This document shows, in pieces, positions 12,601-24,489 of a stretch of DNA of 64,000 nt. Under the pieces are notes generated by a model. The model was given only the letters and a program-made list of their open reading frames with translations. It was not told the DNA's origin and searched no databases. The stretch is from Nemertoderma westbladi (lineage: Eukaryota > Animalia > Xenacoelomorpha): assembly GCA_032718475.1 (NCBI GenBank), contig JAUCBJ010007011.1, positions 1 to 64,000 of the forward strand, read 5' to 3'. Position 1 is the first letter of the stretch. Each line of letters begins with the position of its first letter. Position numbers and translations under genes: made by a program.

Positions 12601-14890
12601 TACTCTCGGAGTGGCGTTTCTGTTCCTTCTCTAAAGCCTGTCGCCAGACCATGCACAAACTGGAAATCTGACGTAGTACCGAATCCAGCACCGAGGGGTA
12701 GGTGTCCGGGAGTTCCCGGACAGCAAACGTAACGAATGAAGCGAGGATATCCCCTCGCCAGTCAGCCACATCAATCATGAGCGTCTGCAAGGCGGTATAC
12801 GCCAGGGCCTTGAGTTCCTCATCTACATGGATAGTGAGTCGAGTGAGCAGCCCGAGAATCTCTTGTTTACTCATCCCTTCCGGGAGGATACGGGGTATAG
12901 CGGCCACGCACGTTCGAAAAAGATCGATTTTGGGTTTACGATCACCGGCAATGAGATCCTCTGCGTCTTTACTGGAGTTTATGGCCGCGGCAGTGGAAGA
13001 CGTCATCAACAAAGATCGACCAACTTGTAAATCTAACTGTCGTAGAATACTATCAAAAGCTTTCTTAATATTGAAGTAGTACAGCTCGATCCCGATCTCT
13101 TTAGCTATGTCGTCGGTTAGAGTTGTGTTTAAGAACGTCCGTTTCACTCTCACCGCCCCACCGGAGGGTAAGTGGGCGGTAGAGGTTGGCATTAGCGGCG
13201 GGTCGTCCTTCTGCTGGAGGGAATCAGTTATGACGAGGAATGCTCTCATCCCCACGTTCATTCGTTCCGGGTTGATGACGCCTTTGGTCAGCTTCCCGAC
13301 GCACAGAAGGTCGTATATAACGTCACGCATAGCGAAATCCAACTTCTCGTGGGCGATGAAATGAATAATCTTAATGAAAATGTTGAGAGGCGCATCTTTA
13401 GGTTGTAAATTACGAGAATTTTTAGGGAACAGACAGGCGACAACGTTCTGGAGTTTCGCCTGTGTCGAAGTGTTGCTCTCGCAACCTCCAATGCGAACGA
13501 CATAAACCCACAGCAGACGACACAACGACTCCATGGCAACGCGACTCATCTTCACGTCTCTGTTCTTCTGATAGGTTAAACACATACTGAGGAAGACCCC
13601 CCAATGCTGGATGAAGAACTCCTTTGTGGAAATGCACAGCAAACAGGTAACCAAGGGAAATAGAGCCAGTCTGTGTTTAGTTTTGTTGCACCACTCGAGA
13701 GTGGTGGGGTATAATGTTGAGACGAAGTTTTTTAGACACGGAATGTTCACCTCGGTTCGTGCCGTGGCCGCTGCTGGTAGGAGAATCTCTACCATAAGAC
13801 AGGCGACTGTGTGGCGAACTTCTTTCTCCTTCGATTCGAGGAAATATTGGGAACAATCGCTGAGAAATAAACAACTCTCCTCAAATTCCTCCACCGGGAA
13901 CATTTTAATTCGATAAAAACGCATTCCCATGAACATCGCGACAATATGTTGGATTGAAGGAGGTTCTTTGCTACGCAAATAGCTTATCTTTGAGATTAAA
14001 ATCTTTCGCAGATGGGAGTATCGCGTTACTGCCATTTCGCCGATTAGTTCAGCGTAGAGGTCGGCCACTAAGTTAATATTAACAGCGTTTGGGCTGCTGG
14101 AAGCTTGCGAATCTGGCGGGACAAACTTGGAAAAAGCGAGTTCTTCTACGCGAACTAGCATTCGTTCTGGAGCTGGATGAACTGCCAGTTGTTTGAGAAC
14201 TTCTAGAAGAACCAAACCAAATAGAAAATCCAATGCCAAATCCCGCCTTTCCAAAAGGTAATCTTTGTTAAGCGTTCTAATTCGATTTTGCGTTAAGCCG
14301 GCATTGACAGCAAGGGTGCCTGTTTGACGGTCATACCACTCAAATAGAAACTTCAACATGCAGGCCAAGCAATGCTCAGAAACCGAACTCAAACTCATAA
14401 GGATCTGGTCCATTTGTGCATCCTCAACCCGGGCCAAGCTTTTGCACAATGGCTGTTCCAAGGGTTCTGACATCACAATGTCAATCTTTCGTTCGCACAG
14501 AGAGGCGAACTCGCTGAATAAGCTGCACAGAATGTATTCACCCGCGGGTAAATTAGCCTCAATTGTTAAACTGTTTGAGTGGGATTGATTGTGTGAGTTG
14601 TTCCTCTCACACGTCTCCGCCCATGGCAGTGAGCTCGGCATTACAAGGTCCTGAACGCTGCTTAGTGTTTCTACGCTTTTACTTCGAGGTCTAAGAGGAG
14701 GTGGTCGTTTCTTGACGGCTTTACTGTCAATATCAACATGCATTTGCATACATAGCGCAGAATTAGTGGCACTAATATTATCATCTTCAGTATTTAAAGA
14801 TCTAGACGGTGAGTTTGGTTCAGTGTCATTTTCACTCCTTGGTGCCGCGTAAGTAACCTGCGGTTGTTCAACATCCGAATGTTGTTCCAT
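6699..14890 (-). CDS. fry: Furry/FRY-like protein (MOR2-PAG1 family HEAT/ARM scaffold), 8192-bp first coding exon
   Basis: 2731-codon ORF with Furry-type motifs (ERRDLALDF, GMRFYRIKMFPVEEFE, HRLALFPLVTCLLC, ALESLxRLLWVY-like, KPKIDLFRTCVAAIPR, SSRHYAGRSFQ, LESDYEHEF). Donor AG|GTAAAC at 6699/6698. The joined CDS is 9276 nt, or 3091 aa. Confidence 0.95.
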
Positions 14891-15279
14891 TATTTATTAG
14901 TGGTAATGTTTGCTAATACAAATTCAGTTATTCAAGAACGCATTATACAGTTATAGCCATAAATCTCAAATAACTATCAATACTGCAATAATATCAATAA
15001 TATAATATCAAATTAAATTATAATTGGATCGTAATTGCAAAAAGGTAAGCAAATCTAGCAGTCAAGGGCCTATTATCAGATAATTATTACAAAATACCGG
15101 TCAGCCGTTATATATTAGGCCTACTACTGTACTACCGACACCGGTACTAAAATAAAGATAAATTAATAATAAGCTGTAAATAGTAGGCCCAGCCCAATAC
15201 TGTAATACAGTAATATCCACAGCTGACACAAGCAGTAGGTAAATATAATATAATATTAGGGTCCGTCTAAACACCCAAA

Positions 15280-16155
15280 TTACAACAAATCACAACAAAA
15301 ATGACAAATCTCGCCAAACTGGGTAATCACAAACCAAATCTCAAAAAATAATCTTCCTACATCGGGTCCGGATCGAACATCCGGTAAAATTTTGCCGGAT
15401 ATCCGGCCGGATTTTCCAGGTTGTACTTATCAGCTTATTGACTTATTTATAGACCCTAACTTCAGGATTCAGTTATCTTCTCGGAGGCAATGTTCTCCAA
15501 GTTCGGAGACATTCTATATGAGAAGAGGATTCGTCTTCTTCCTATATGAGAAGAGGATTCGTCTTCTTCCTATATGAGAAGAGGATTCGTCTTCTTCCTA
15601 AGAGTGGGAAAGACTGAAAGAGGACCTCTTTATTTACCATAACTTGATAAAGTTTGAAGTAGGCCTAAATTTAAATGTTGATATGATATCTTGATTTGAG
15701 TTATTACGGTATATGTTGGTTGATTTGAGTTGATCAGTTGATAGTATAATAGAAACAAAATATATAATTCCGATTCCATTTTTGACTCTTTCAGAAAAAT
15801 GTATTAAAATAATTTTTATTATTTATTATTTTTATTAAATTAAAATTATTAAAAGAAAAAGTGAGTATTAATAATAAAAGTTTCAAAACATTGATTATAC
15901 AAATTATCCGGCGTATCACCGGATTTTTCAACTGTCCGGCCGGATTATCAGATTACCAGATAGCAGATTTTGTCTAAAATCCGCCGGATATCCGGCCGGT
16001 TCGGATATCCGGTGCACCCTTACACCAAATCACAACCATTGACACCAAATCACAAACCAAATCACACCAAATCACAAAACAAATCACAAAAAATAATCCC
16101 AAAACCAAATCACACCAAACCAAATCACACCGAATGATACCACACCAAATCACAG
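15280..16155. repeat. (ACCAAATCAC)-type short repeats split by a CCGGATATCCGG-rich MITE-like insert (~15361-16022)
   Basis: CAAATCAC repeats at ~15280-15345 and 16022-16155. CCGGATATCCGGCCGG clusters at 15361-15415 and 15905-16022, ending CCGGTGCACCCTTA, which resembles a TAGGG-type hAT terminus. The left terminus is not recognisable. Confidence 0.5.
15514..15600. repeat. 28-bp tandem repeat x3 (CTATATGAGAAGAGGATTCGTCTTCTTC)
   Basis: Three exact copies visible; each contains the hairpin GAAGAGGA-TTCG-TCTTCTTC. Confidence 0.9.
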
Positions 16156-16167
16156 GGTGCTGGTCAC

Positions 16168-18554
16168 TAGGGCTCAACAGAAGCTTCGGCTTCGGTTCGG
16201 TTCGGGCAGAAGTTTGGCAATTTCGGTTCGGTTCGGCTTCTGCAATTGATGCTGCAGAAGCCCGGAGCAAACTTTGTTAAATATTCCAAATATTACATTG
16301 ACTGATTGAGCTAAGACCAGAAGACAGTAAGACTAATCAATCTGTCCATCGTTGTCAGGTTGTACTAATTAATTTTGGAGTGTAAACGTTAAGCAGACAC
16401 TGGTGCAGACAGGCAGACCCCGCAGAGCAGACAGTGGTGCAGACAGAGATGCTGCAGACAGTGGTGCAGACACCTGGTACAGACAGTGGTGCACGCACTG
16501 GTGCAGACAGTAGTGCAGACAGCAGACAGTGGTGCAGACACAGGTGCAGACAGTGGTGCAGATACTGGTGCAGACAGTGGTGCAGACACCTGGTGCAGAC
16601 AGTGGTGCAGACACTGGTGCAGACAGTGGTGCAGACCCTGGTGCAGACAGTGGTGCACGCACTGGTGCAGACAGTAGTGCAGACAGCAGACAGTGGTGCA
16701 GACACAGGTGCAGACAGTGGTGCAGATACTGGTGCAGACAGTGGTGCAGACACCTGGTGCAGACAGTGGTGCAGACACTGGTGCAGACAGTGGTGCAGAC
16801 CCTGGTGCAGACAGTGGTGCAGACACTGGTGCAGACACTGGTGCAGAGACCTTTGCGCAGCATGTGGCGAACTGTAACATTGTGTAACAATCTGTTGAAA
16901 CTTTTGAAAGACCTTCGCGCAGCACGTGGCGCACTGTAACATTGTGTAACAATCTGTTGAAACGTTTGAGAGACCTTCGCGCAGCACGTGGCGCACTGTA
17001 ACATTGTGTAACAAGCTGTTCAAATCGCGCAGCACGTGGCTTACTGAAACATTGTGTAACAATCTGTTTAAACGTTTGAGAGACCTTCGCGCAGCACGTG
17101 GCGCACTGTAACATTGTGTAACAAGCTGTTGAAACGTTTAAGAGACCTTCGCGCAGCACGTGGCGTACTCCAACATTGTGTAACAAACTGTTGAAACGTT
17201 TAAGATACCTTCGCGTTCGCGCAGTATGTGAGATACTAAAACAATCTGTTGAAACGGTTCAAAGGCCTTCGCGCAGCACATGAGACACTAAAACAATATA
17301 TTATTGAAACGATTAAGAGGTCTATTTATTTTCCATCATAGCTAACACCCCAATTCATGATATTGGCTGAGGCTGATTGAATGGGATAATCTTTTTAGGC
17401 TTATTAAGCCAAGGAATGCCTGTTCACCAATAGCCTTATGGTCGGACCCCTGTACCTTGTTACTAGTGTTACAGCAGTCATCCTCCATAGCATCTCTGCA
17501 AACAAAGTCCAATTTTGGGATGTATGAATACATTTCTGCAAAAGCATGGTAGGATAGGAATATTGAATTTGGCACAAAAAACATATTTATTGAAAAATGA
17601 TAGAATTTATGATGGAAATATACTTGCAGGACTTTAAAATATTTTTTTTAATTTAGAAAAGTCAAATTTTGGAGTGTATTCCGATTTCGGAATCTACCCT
17701 CGCACAAAGTTCCAAAATTGTAATAAGTCCAAAATCGCCTATATCACCGACTGCCAGTGTCTGCACCAGTGTTTGCACCACTGTCTGCACCACTGTCTGC
17801 ACCACTGTCCGCACTAGGTGTCTGCACCACTGTCCGCACTAGGTGTCTGCACCAGTGTCTGCACCACTGTCTGCACCACTGTCTGCACCACTGTCTGCAC
17901 GCTGCACCACTGTCTGAACCAGTGTCTGCACCACTGTCTGCTTAACGTTTACACCCTTAATTTTGGACTGAACTTCCATTTAAATGGCATTATTTTTTTA
18001 ATTGTTTCAAGGTTACTTGAGTAGTTTCAAAATTGGTTTAATTATATAGTAGTTTAGGTTAGGCTAAATATTGCTGTTTTACTTTGTAGTACCTATTTTT
18101 TAATTAATCATAACTTTGATACATAATACCAAATATACCTACTACCTCATATAAATAGTATTACAAAGACTACCTGTACTTTTAGTGAGGTTTTCTAAAT
18201 TTGATGTCACTACTGTACGGCTTACTTTACTACAGGTAAAAATGTGGTGCATACAGTAAGTATACAGTAGTTTAGGTTAGTAATGTACAGTAATGTAAAT
18301 ATTGCCATTTTATTTTGTAGTACTTATTTTTTTAATTAATCATAGCTTTCTCGCTAAGTCCGCAGACCAAATAGGTACCAGTCTGCCACTGCCAGTCAGC
18401 CGGTATAGTCAGATAGTGACGTAAATACGAATTTATGACCATAACTTGCTAACTTTCTGAACTTCGGTTCGGATTCGGTTCGGTTCGGCCCGAAGTTGGC
18501 CCTGCTTCGGTTCGGTTCGGTTCGGCCCCATAAAGTGCCTTCTGTTGAACCCTA
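16168..18554. mobile_element. Non-autonomous hAT-superfamily DNA transposon
   Basis: TIRs TAGGGCTCAACAGAAG / CTTCTGTTGAACCCTA (15/16 match). Perfect 8-bp TSD CTGGTCAC at 16160-16167 and 18555-18562. Subterminal (TTCGG)n at both ends. No transposase ORF. Confidence 0.88.
16380..17954. mobile_element. Nested foldback-like element with inverted arms of a 12-bp repeat (GTGCAGACAGTG) and an internal ~60-bp tandem repeat
   Basis: GTGTAAACGTTAAGCAGACA at 16380 is inverted at 17935-17954. The 12-bp array at 16395-16848 has its reverse complement at 17755-17940. A ~60-bp unit (GAGACCTTCGCGCAGCACGTGGCGCACTGTAACATTGTGTAACAATCTGTTGAAACGTTT) occurs about 7 times at 16846-17295. Confidence 0.7.
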
Positions 18555-20464
18555 CTGGTCACCTCGCTCTGTCGCTCGCCGCACTGCCACTTCTGCACTT
18601 CGCCGCAGATAATGTCAGAATGTGCGGCGAGGTGTCTCACTGGTCACTGCTGCCTACTGCCAGACTGTAGCATTAAATTAAACGTAATTAATTAAAATTA
18701 GAAAATCATTAATTTTGTACATAAATTATTTTTATACAGTTCTGCAGTTATAGGCCTCAAATTCAGAAATTGTATAGAGTGTGATAGGCATATTACTATC
18801 AGTTAGGTACAATGGCCAAATCTGGCAATGATTGTGATTGCCATATTTGGCAACCAAGCAAAATCTGGCAACATTTCTGATTGCCTGATTTCGCAACTAT
18901 ATAAACCCGTTGTTGCCATATTTGGCAACTTAACTAACTCAACAGCTCAATGAATATGGCTTATATCTGTATATGGTTCTGCATCGGATAAATGAGAGTC
19001 AATCTGTCAATAACACAAACAAAACCTGACTGGTGATAGTTTATTTTTGCTAGTAATCTCTCAGACTCTGCAGCTCTGGTGCTGCTTGGGGAGGTGGTTG
19101 ATTGTGGCTTGTACCAATAATAGTTAAAGATTGTAGGCCTAACTGAGTAATGCTGATATATATATCAGTACAGCAGTATATTTATCTTTCCGAGCCTGTT
19201 TCACAAAATGGTCAACCAATGTGGTAAAAAATAAACTTTCGTTTTGCATATTTTTAGTAGTATATACCATTAGACTACATTTGAAAGTCTATAAAATTGA
19301 AAATAATTATTGGTTTTTGTTTAGTTATCTCAAATTACAAGCTGTACTAAAATTTACATTTTTTTCAATTTTCACACAAAAAATGGCAATAAATGCAAAA
19401 TGTGTGATATACTTGTTATAAATAATATTATTAACAAAAATTTTTTTCAAGAAATTTTATTGAAATATTAGTAATGGCAAATTCAATGATTGTGGCATAA
19501 TTCGTTACGTATTTAGGCATGGCCAGCAGTTCCAAAACTCGTTCCGTCCGTTACTTCCGTCCGTTACCATGAGTTACAATTTTCAACCTAATTGGAGTAG
19601 TGTAGCACAGAATAGTCCAGGTTTTTTGTAAGTTCTAATTTATTGTTAGAACAATAAAACTGGAAGAAGTTGAACATTTAGGTGCAAAATAAATATTGTT
19701 TTTAATTCGACTAACTTTTATTCCGTCCGTTACCTATTTAATTTCCGTCCGTTACCTAATTAATTACCATATTGTGAAATTACCATAAGCACAATATTTC
19801 TGTTCTAATAATTTGTATGGTGTACCTGTGTCCTGCATGCATTATATATATCATGGTGTGTATAGTGTGGTCTGTTGAAGTATCTTATGTATACTCTTAT
19901 TACTGATTGTATGATATGTTTAAATGTATAGAGCACATAATGTCCGGAAGTACCTTATATATATTATGTAGAAGTGACGGCTCTTTTACATGCTGACTCA
20001 GACATACATTTGTAATTAGCATTGCAGTTATGGGAAATTCCAAATTCCAGAGGAGGGAAATTCAAAACAGCTTTCATTGTGACTGCTTGACTTGGGCTGC
20101 ACCATATTGACATACAATACAGAAATAATAGTATAACTACCTAATTCAGACTTGATATTACTGCATGTACCTTGCATAGCCTGAACTTCATTATGACTTT
20201 TATCCCACTAAAGCTGAGATGTTAATTATACTGTGCAGCTATTTTATTTATACATAATTGAATTCCTAAAAATAGATTAATTGCTGTGTTGAATTGAAAA
20301 TTAAATTGACTTATTAATACATTAGGCCTAAGTTATTCATTCAAAATAAGTAGGCCTACCAGTTGTCCATAGGCCTATTATATCATTATCAACTAATAAT
20401 CTAATTTCTACTATCAACTCATCGAATAAACTCGGAACTGTCTGCACCATCTGGGCTTATAGAA

Positions 20465-20651
20465 ATGTCTAAGGATGCTAAAAAGCAAAAGGCTTATCGA
20501 GAACGGAAAAAGGCATCTGATCGGGAGGGATTTCTTGCAAAGGATAGAGAAAGAAAGCGTTTAAAAAGAGCTGAGGTTTATGCTGATACGAATAAGCATG
20601 AGGCACTGAAATGTGTAGATCGTCTCAGAAAGAGACAATCTAAATGCAAAG
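20465..20651 (+). CDS. Transposase exon 1 (basic K/R-rich N-terminus)
   Basis: ATG at 20465 gives MSKDAKKQKAYRERKK...RQSKCK. Donor G|GTTGGC is phase 1 and matches the acceptor at 21066/21067. Confidence 0.65.
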
Positions 20652-21066
20652 GTTGGCAATATTGGTAGAGCCTGCTGCATTTTTAAAAGGAAGAGGAAAT
20701 ATTTTGAATGAAGGCATATTTTTGTTTTGTTCCTTAGTTATTTTACAATTTAATTATTATCCTGTTTTAATTACCTGTTGTAATAGTATCAGAAAAAATA
20801 TAATTTGAAGAAAGTTATTAATATTGTTCTGTTCATGTTCAAAGAAAGTTTCTAATCTGTATGGTATCTCCTGATTTTATTAATCTAAAATATTAAGTAA
20901 ATTTACTGAAAATATATTGTTCGAATAAAAACAAGAGACATTTTTTTTTGTTTGAACCTAATTTTATGAACTCCATGCCATATATATATATATTTAGATA
21001 GATTTTTTATTACTGATTTAACATAAAAAAATCAGAGACCATTACCAATATTGCCATTTACTATAG

Positions 21067-23240
21067 CTACTCAACCTCCATTGACTCCTACTACTTCTGG
21101 GTCATTGTCACCACCTAGTTCTGGGGCATTTAAGTCTAAGCAGAGTTTAGGGAAGTCAATAAATAGATTGAAAAAACATCTTCCAAAATCGCCAAGTAAA
21201 AGAATGGAGACGATTAGCACTTATATCGGAAGTATGTCTCCAGCAACACGAAAGACAGTACTTCGTGGTGCCAAGGTAAGAATGTTATTTAAAAAGCCAG
21301 GACGGCCACTGGGTAAACATTCCAGAATAACAACCGAGAAAGAAAATCGGGTCATAGAATTTCTGGAATCACCAGATATATCGTACTGTTGTCCCGGTCG
21401 TCAACATATGGTATATGTTGGGAAAGAGAATGGTGAAAGAAAATATAAACCTAGACATTATATGTTATGGACCCTTGAGGAAACAGTTCCACTAGCCAAT
21501 GAAAAAGTTCCTGACATTAAGGTCAATAAAGCTCTTCTACAACGCATAATAGCTGGTAAGAAGCATTTATATTATAATGGAAAAATGCCTGAAGATGATT
21601 GCAAATGCGAGAAGTGTGAAAACCTTACCCTGTTACTAAATGGCCTAAACTCAGTTACAAATATTCGCAACCATGAACTATTTTACCCTGATGAAAATGA
21701 GTTTGTGAGTGAAATTGTTTGTTCTCTCAAAAATAGAAGTTGCTGCGAATTTAAATGTAAGGATTGCCCTGGTTTTGAAATTTTGGAACCTCTTTTTGAA
21801 GTTATTAGAAGTATACCTGAGATTCGTTACTATCAATGGGCCAGAACAGACAATGAAAAAATTGTTAAGAAACGAGAATATATTCAATGTGGGGAAGATG
21901 TTGCTGAAGATCTTAATAAGCAAGTTCATGACTATATACAACATCAGTATCGAGCTTTTCATCAACTAAACATCCTTAGAGAACAAAAATCGAAATTAAA
22001 TCCGAATGAAGCAATAATAAGCATTGATTTTGCAAAGAATTACGATAATAAGCAAAGGCATGAGGTCCAAAGTGCCTATTTTGGTCATGAAAACTTTTGT
22101 ATATTTACAGCAGCCTGTTACACCCGATCAAGTATTGTTGATAGCAACACCAATGATGATAATAATTCATCCAGAGGAGATGGCCCTAGCACATCTACAG
22201 AATATGTTCCTGTTGATCCTGACTCCAACTGCACTCAATGTGATATTGGTGATAATTTATCCATGGTAGAAGGCACTAACTCAAGTATAATTGTAGAATC
22301 TGTTGCCATCATTTCCAACTGCACTGAGCATGATAAGTTCCTTGCTTTCAGTTGTATTAAACAGCTTATGCGGCATATCCGAGAAAAGAATGCCAACATT
22401 ACTGATATACATGTTTGGAGTGATGGATGCTCAGGGCAGTTTCGTAGCAAACATGTATTTAAAGCAATTGCTATGGATATGCCAGACATAGTCAAGTCAT
22501 GGACATATGGGGAAGCAGGCCACTTTAAAGGACCTCATGACGGTATTGGCGCAACTGTAAAAGTGCAAACATATAACCATGTGAGGTCCGGACGAGTGGT
22601 CATTAGAGATGCAGAGCATTTTGCATCTTATGCAAATGGTATTGTGAAACCTACTATTCTGTATATACCTAATGCATGTGTTGAACATTTCAGTATTGAC
22701 GAGTCTGTTTATATATATCGCACTTTGAAAATCCATCAAGTCATACGTAAAGATCAAAAACTCATATTTTATGAATTAGCCAATTGCATAAATGAGATTG
22801 CTTGTTGTGATTATAGCTCATCTAATGGTAATAGTCAAGGGAGTGATATTGGAGTGGATTCGGAAGAATGTCAAAACTCAGAAGAGAGTCAAGACTCTAA
22901 TCCTATCCGAGAAACATCTGAAGTTCCTGTTGTGGGCAGCTGGATAGCTGCTATTTATGATGATAACTTTATTCCTGGATGTATAGAGAAAGTCATAGAT
23001 GCAAATGGCCCATTGATTGAGGTGCGATTTATGAAAGTAATTGGTCCAAACCGTTTTATTCCTTCCTCAGCAGCAAATGATCATATCCATGCATACAATT
23101 ATCAGCATAAACTTTGCGTGATTAATCAACCTCAACTGATTGCTGGCACGGAACGTTTACTGGTTCATTCACTAGATGCTAATGAATATTCACGAGTCCT
23201 CCAACTTTTCTGCTCGGTCCGTAGAGAATTGAAATTTTAA
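21067..23240 (+). CDS. Transposase exon 2 (Cys-rich region, RNase H-like DDD core, C-terminal Tudor/SH3-like beta domain)
   Basis: Acceptor tttactatag|CT followed by an open frame. Motifs LPKSPSKR, CKCEKCEN, CKDCPG, YYQW, IDFAKNY..QSAYF, WSDGCSGQF, GHFKGPHDGIG. The spliced product is ~786 aa. Confidence 0.85.
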
Positions 23241-24354
23241 TAGAGACAATGGATATTTTAAACTTCATGCACAATTTAGGACACTATGAAAAACATTTAT
23301 TGAGGTGTATGAGCACTATGAGCAAGTTAATTCTACTTAAACTGTATATAAATATCACAAATTGCATTGCGGTATTTTATTCCGTCCGTTACCTTCCGTC
23401 CGTTACCGTGTATTATTTTGTTTATTATACTGTCACAGTCGTGGTTTATACAAATTGCGAAAATAATTTTAACCAATGTCACTAGGGATATTTAATTATA
23501 CTCCAATGCAAAAAAATATTTGGAAAACATTGCCAATTTGCAGGAATTTCAGATTGTCCAAGCTACATATATTCTTCAATTATGTATGATTCCGTCCGTT
23601 ACCAGAACAAATCTATTAATATCTTAAATACTTAAATGTAATTTTCTAATTTATTTTTCACATGATGAAAGTACAGTTGTCAGTTTCAGAGTAGCATATC
23701 ATTTTACTGTTATTCATTCAATATCTCAAAATAGTTGTGGTTTAATCATGCGAATTTTCCGTCCGTTACCAACATAATTTTTTGAAACAGGCTCTTCCAT
23801 TCCTACATATAATGAAAATCATTTCATCCCGTTTTTCATTAGGGCCTACTAGAAACAATTATGGTTGAATCTCTTAACACGCGTTTTGGTTTTCTCAGTC
23901 TTTCTAAATTTTGACACAAATTTATATTTTTCTTCTGTCACGCCATTCTCAAACTTTAATGCCCCCTTGCCTGCTTGCTGCCTTGTGGTGATGTTCACCT
24001 TGTCAAATATTATTATGTTTAGTTCCATTTCAGCCTTTGAAGCATGTGATTCTTTAGTTTTGTTTATGCCTATACCAGTCTGCCACTGCCAGTACGGTAT
24101 CTGTTACAGATACAGACTCATCCATCTGTCCATCAACATTATTAACAACATATCATATGTCATAGGCCCTACCGGTATACATTTTGACATTTCATTGACT
24201 AAATGTTTATAAATCACCACGACCTGACAAGGTGCCCATTGCATTTGCTTACAATTATTATATTTATATAGGCCTACCAGTATAGGCCTACAAGTGTAGT
24301 GTAGTGTATAGGGCCTACTACAGTACTACACCGGTACCTATACACGTTTATCAC

Positions 24355-24470
24355 TCGTTTGTACTCCTTTGTACTATTTTTGCACTCTTTTGTACTATTT
24401 TTGCACTTTATTTTACTCTTTTGTACTCTTTTGCACTTTATTTTACTCTTTTGTACTCTTTTGTACTATA
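24355..24470. repeat. Degenerate T-rich tandem repeat (TTTGTACTCT/TTTGCACT)
   Basis: Visible short-period repetition directly 5' of the LINE fragment. Confidence 0.7.
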
Positions 24471-24489
24471 TTCATATATTGGTACTCAG

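Larger units (their letters stand above)
19192..23794 (+). mobile_element. Sola2-type DNA transposon, apparently full length and autonomous
   Basis: TIRs GAGCCTGTTTCACAAAAT / ATTTTTTGAAACAGGCTC (17/18). 4-bp TSD TTCC at 19188-19191 and 23795-23798. GRG..CYC termini with a 4-bp TSD are the described Sola2 signature. It contains a DDD-type transposase gene. Confidence 0.8.

Noticed and set aside
5103-14588. Many short antisense and alternate-frame ORFs over furry
   Set aside because: They are shadow ORFs in GC-richer coding DNA with no recognisable motifs.
16355-18024. Cys/His-rich ORFs (CLHH, VCTT, SAPL repeats)
   Set aside because: They are translations of the 12-bp and 60-bp arrays inside a non-autonomous transposon.
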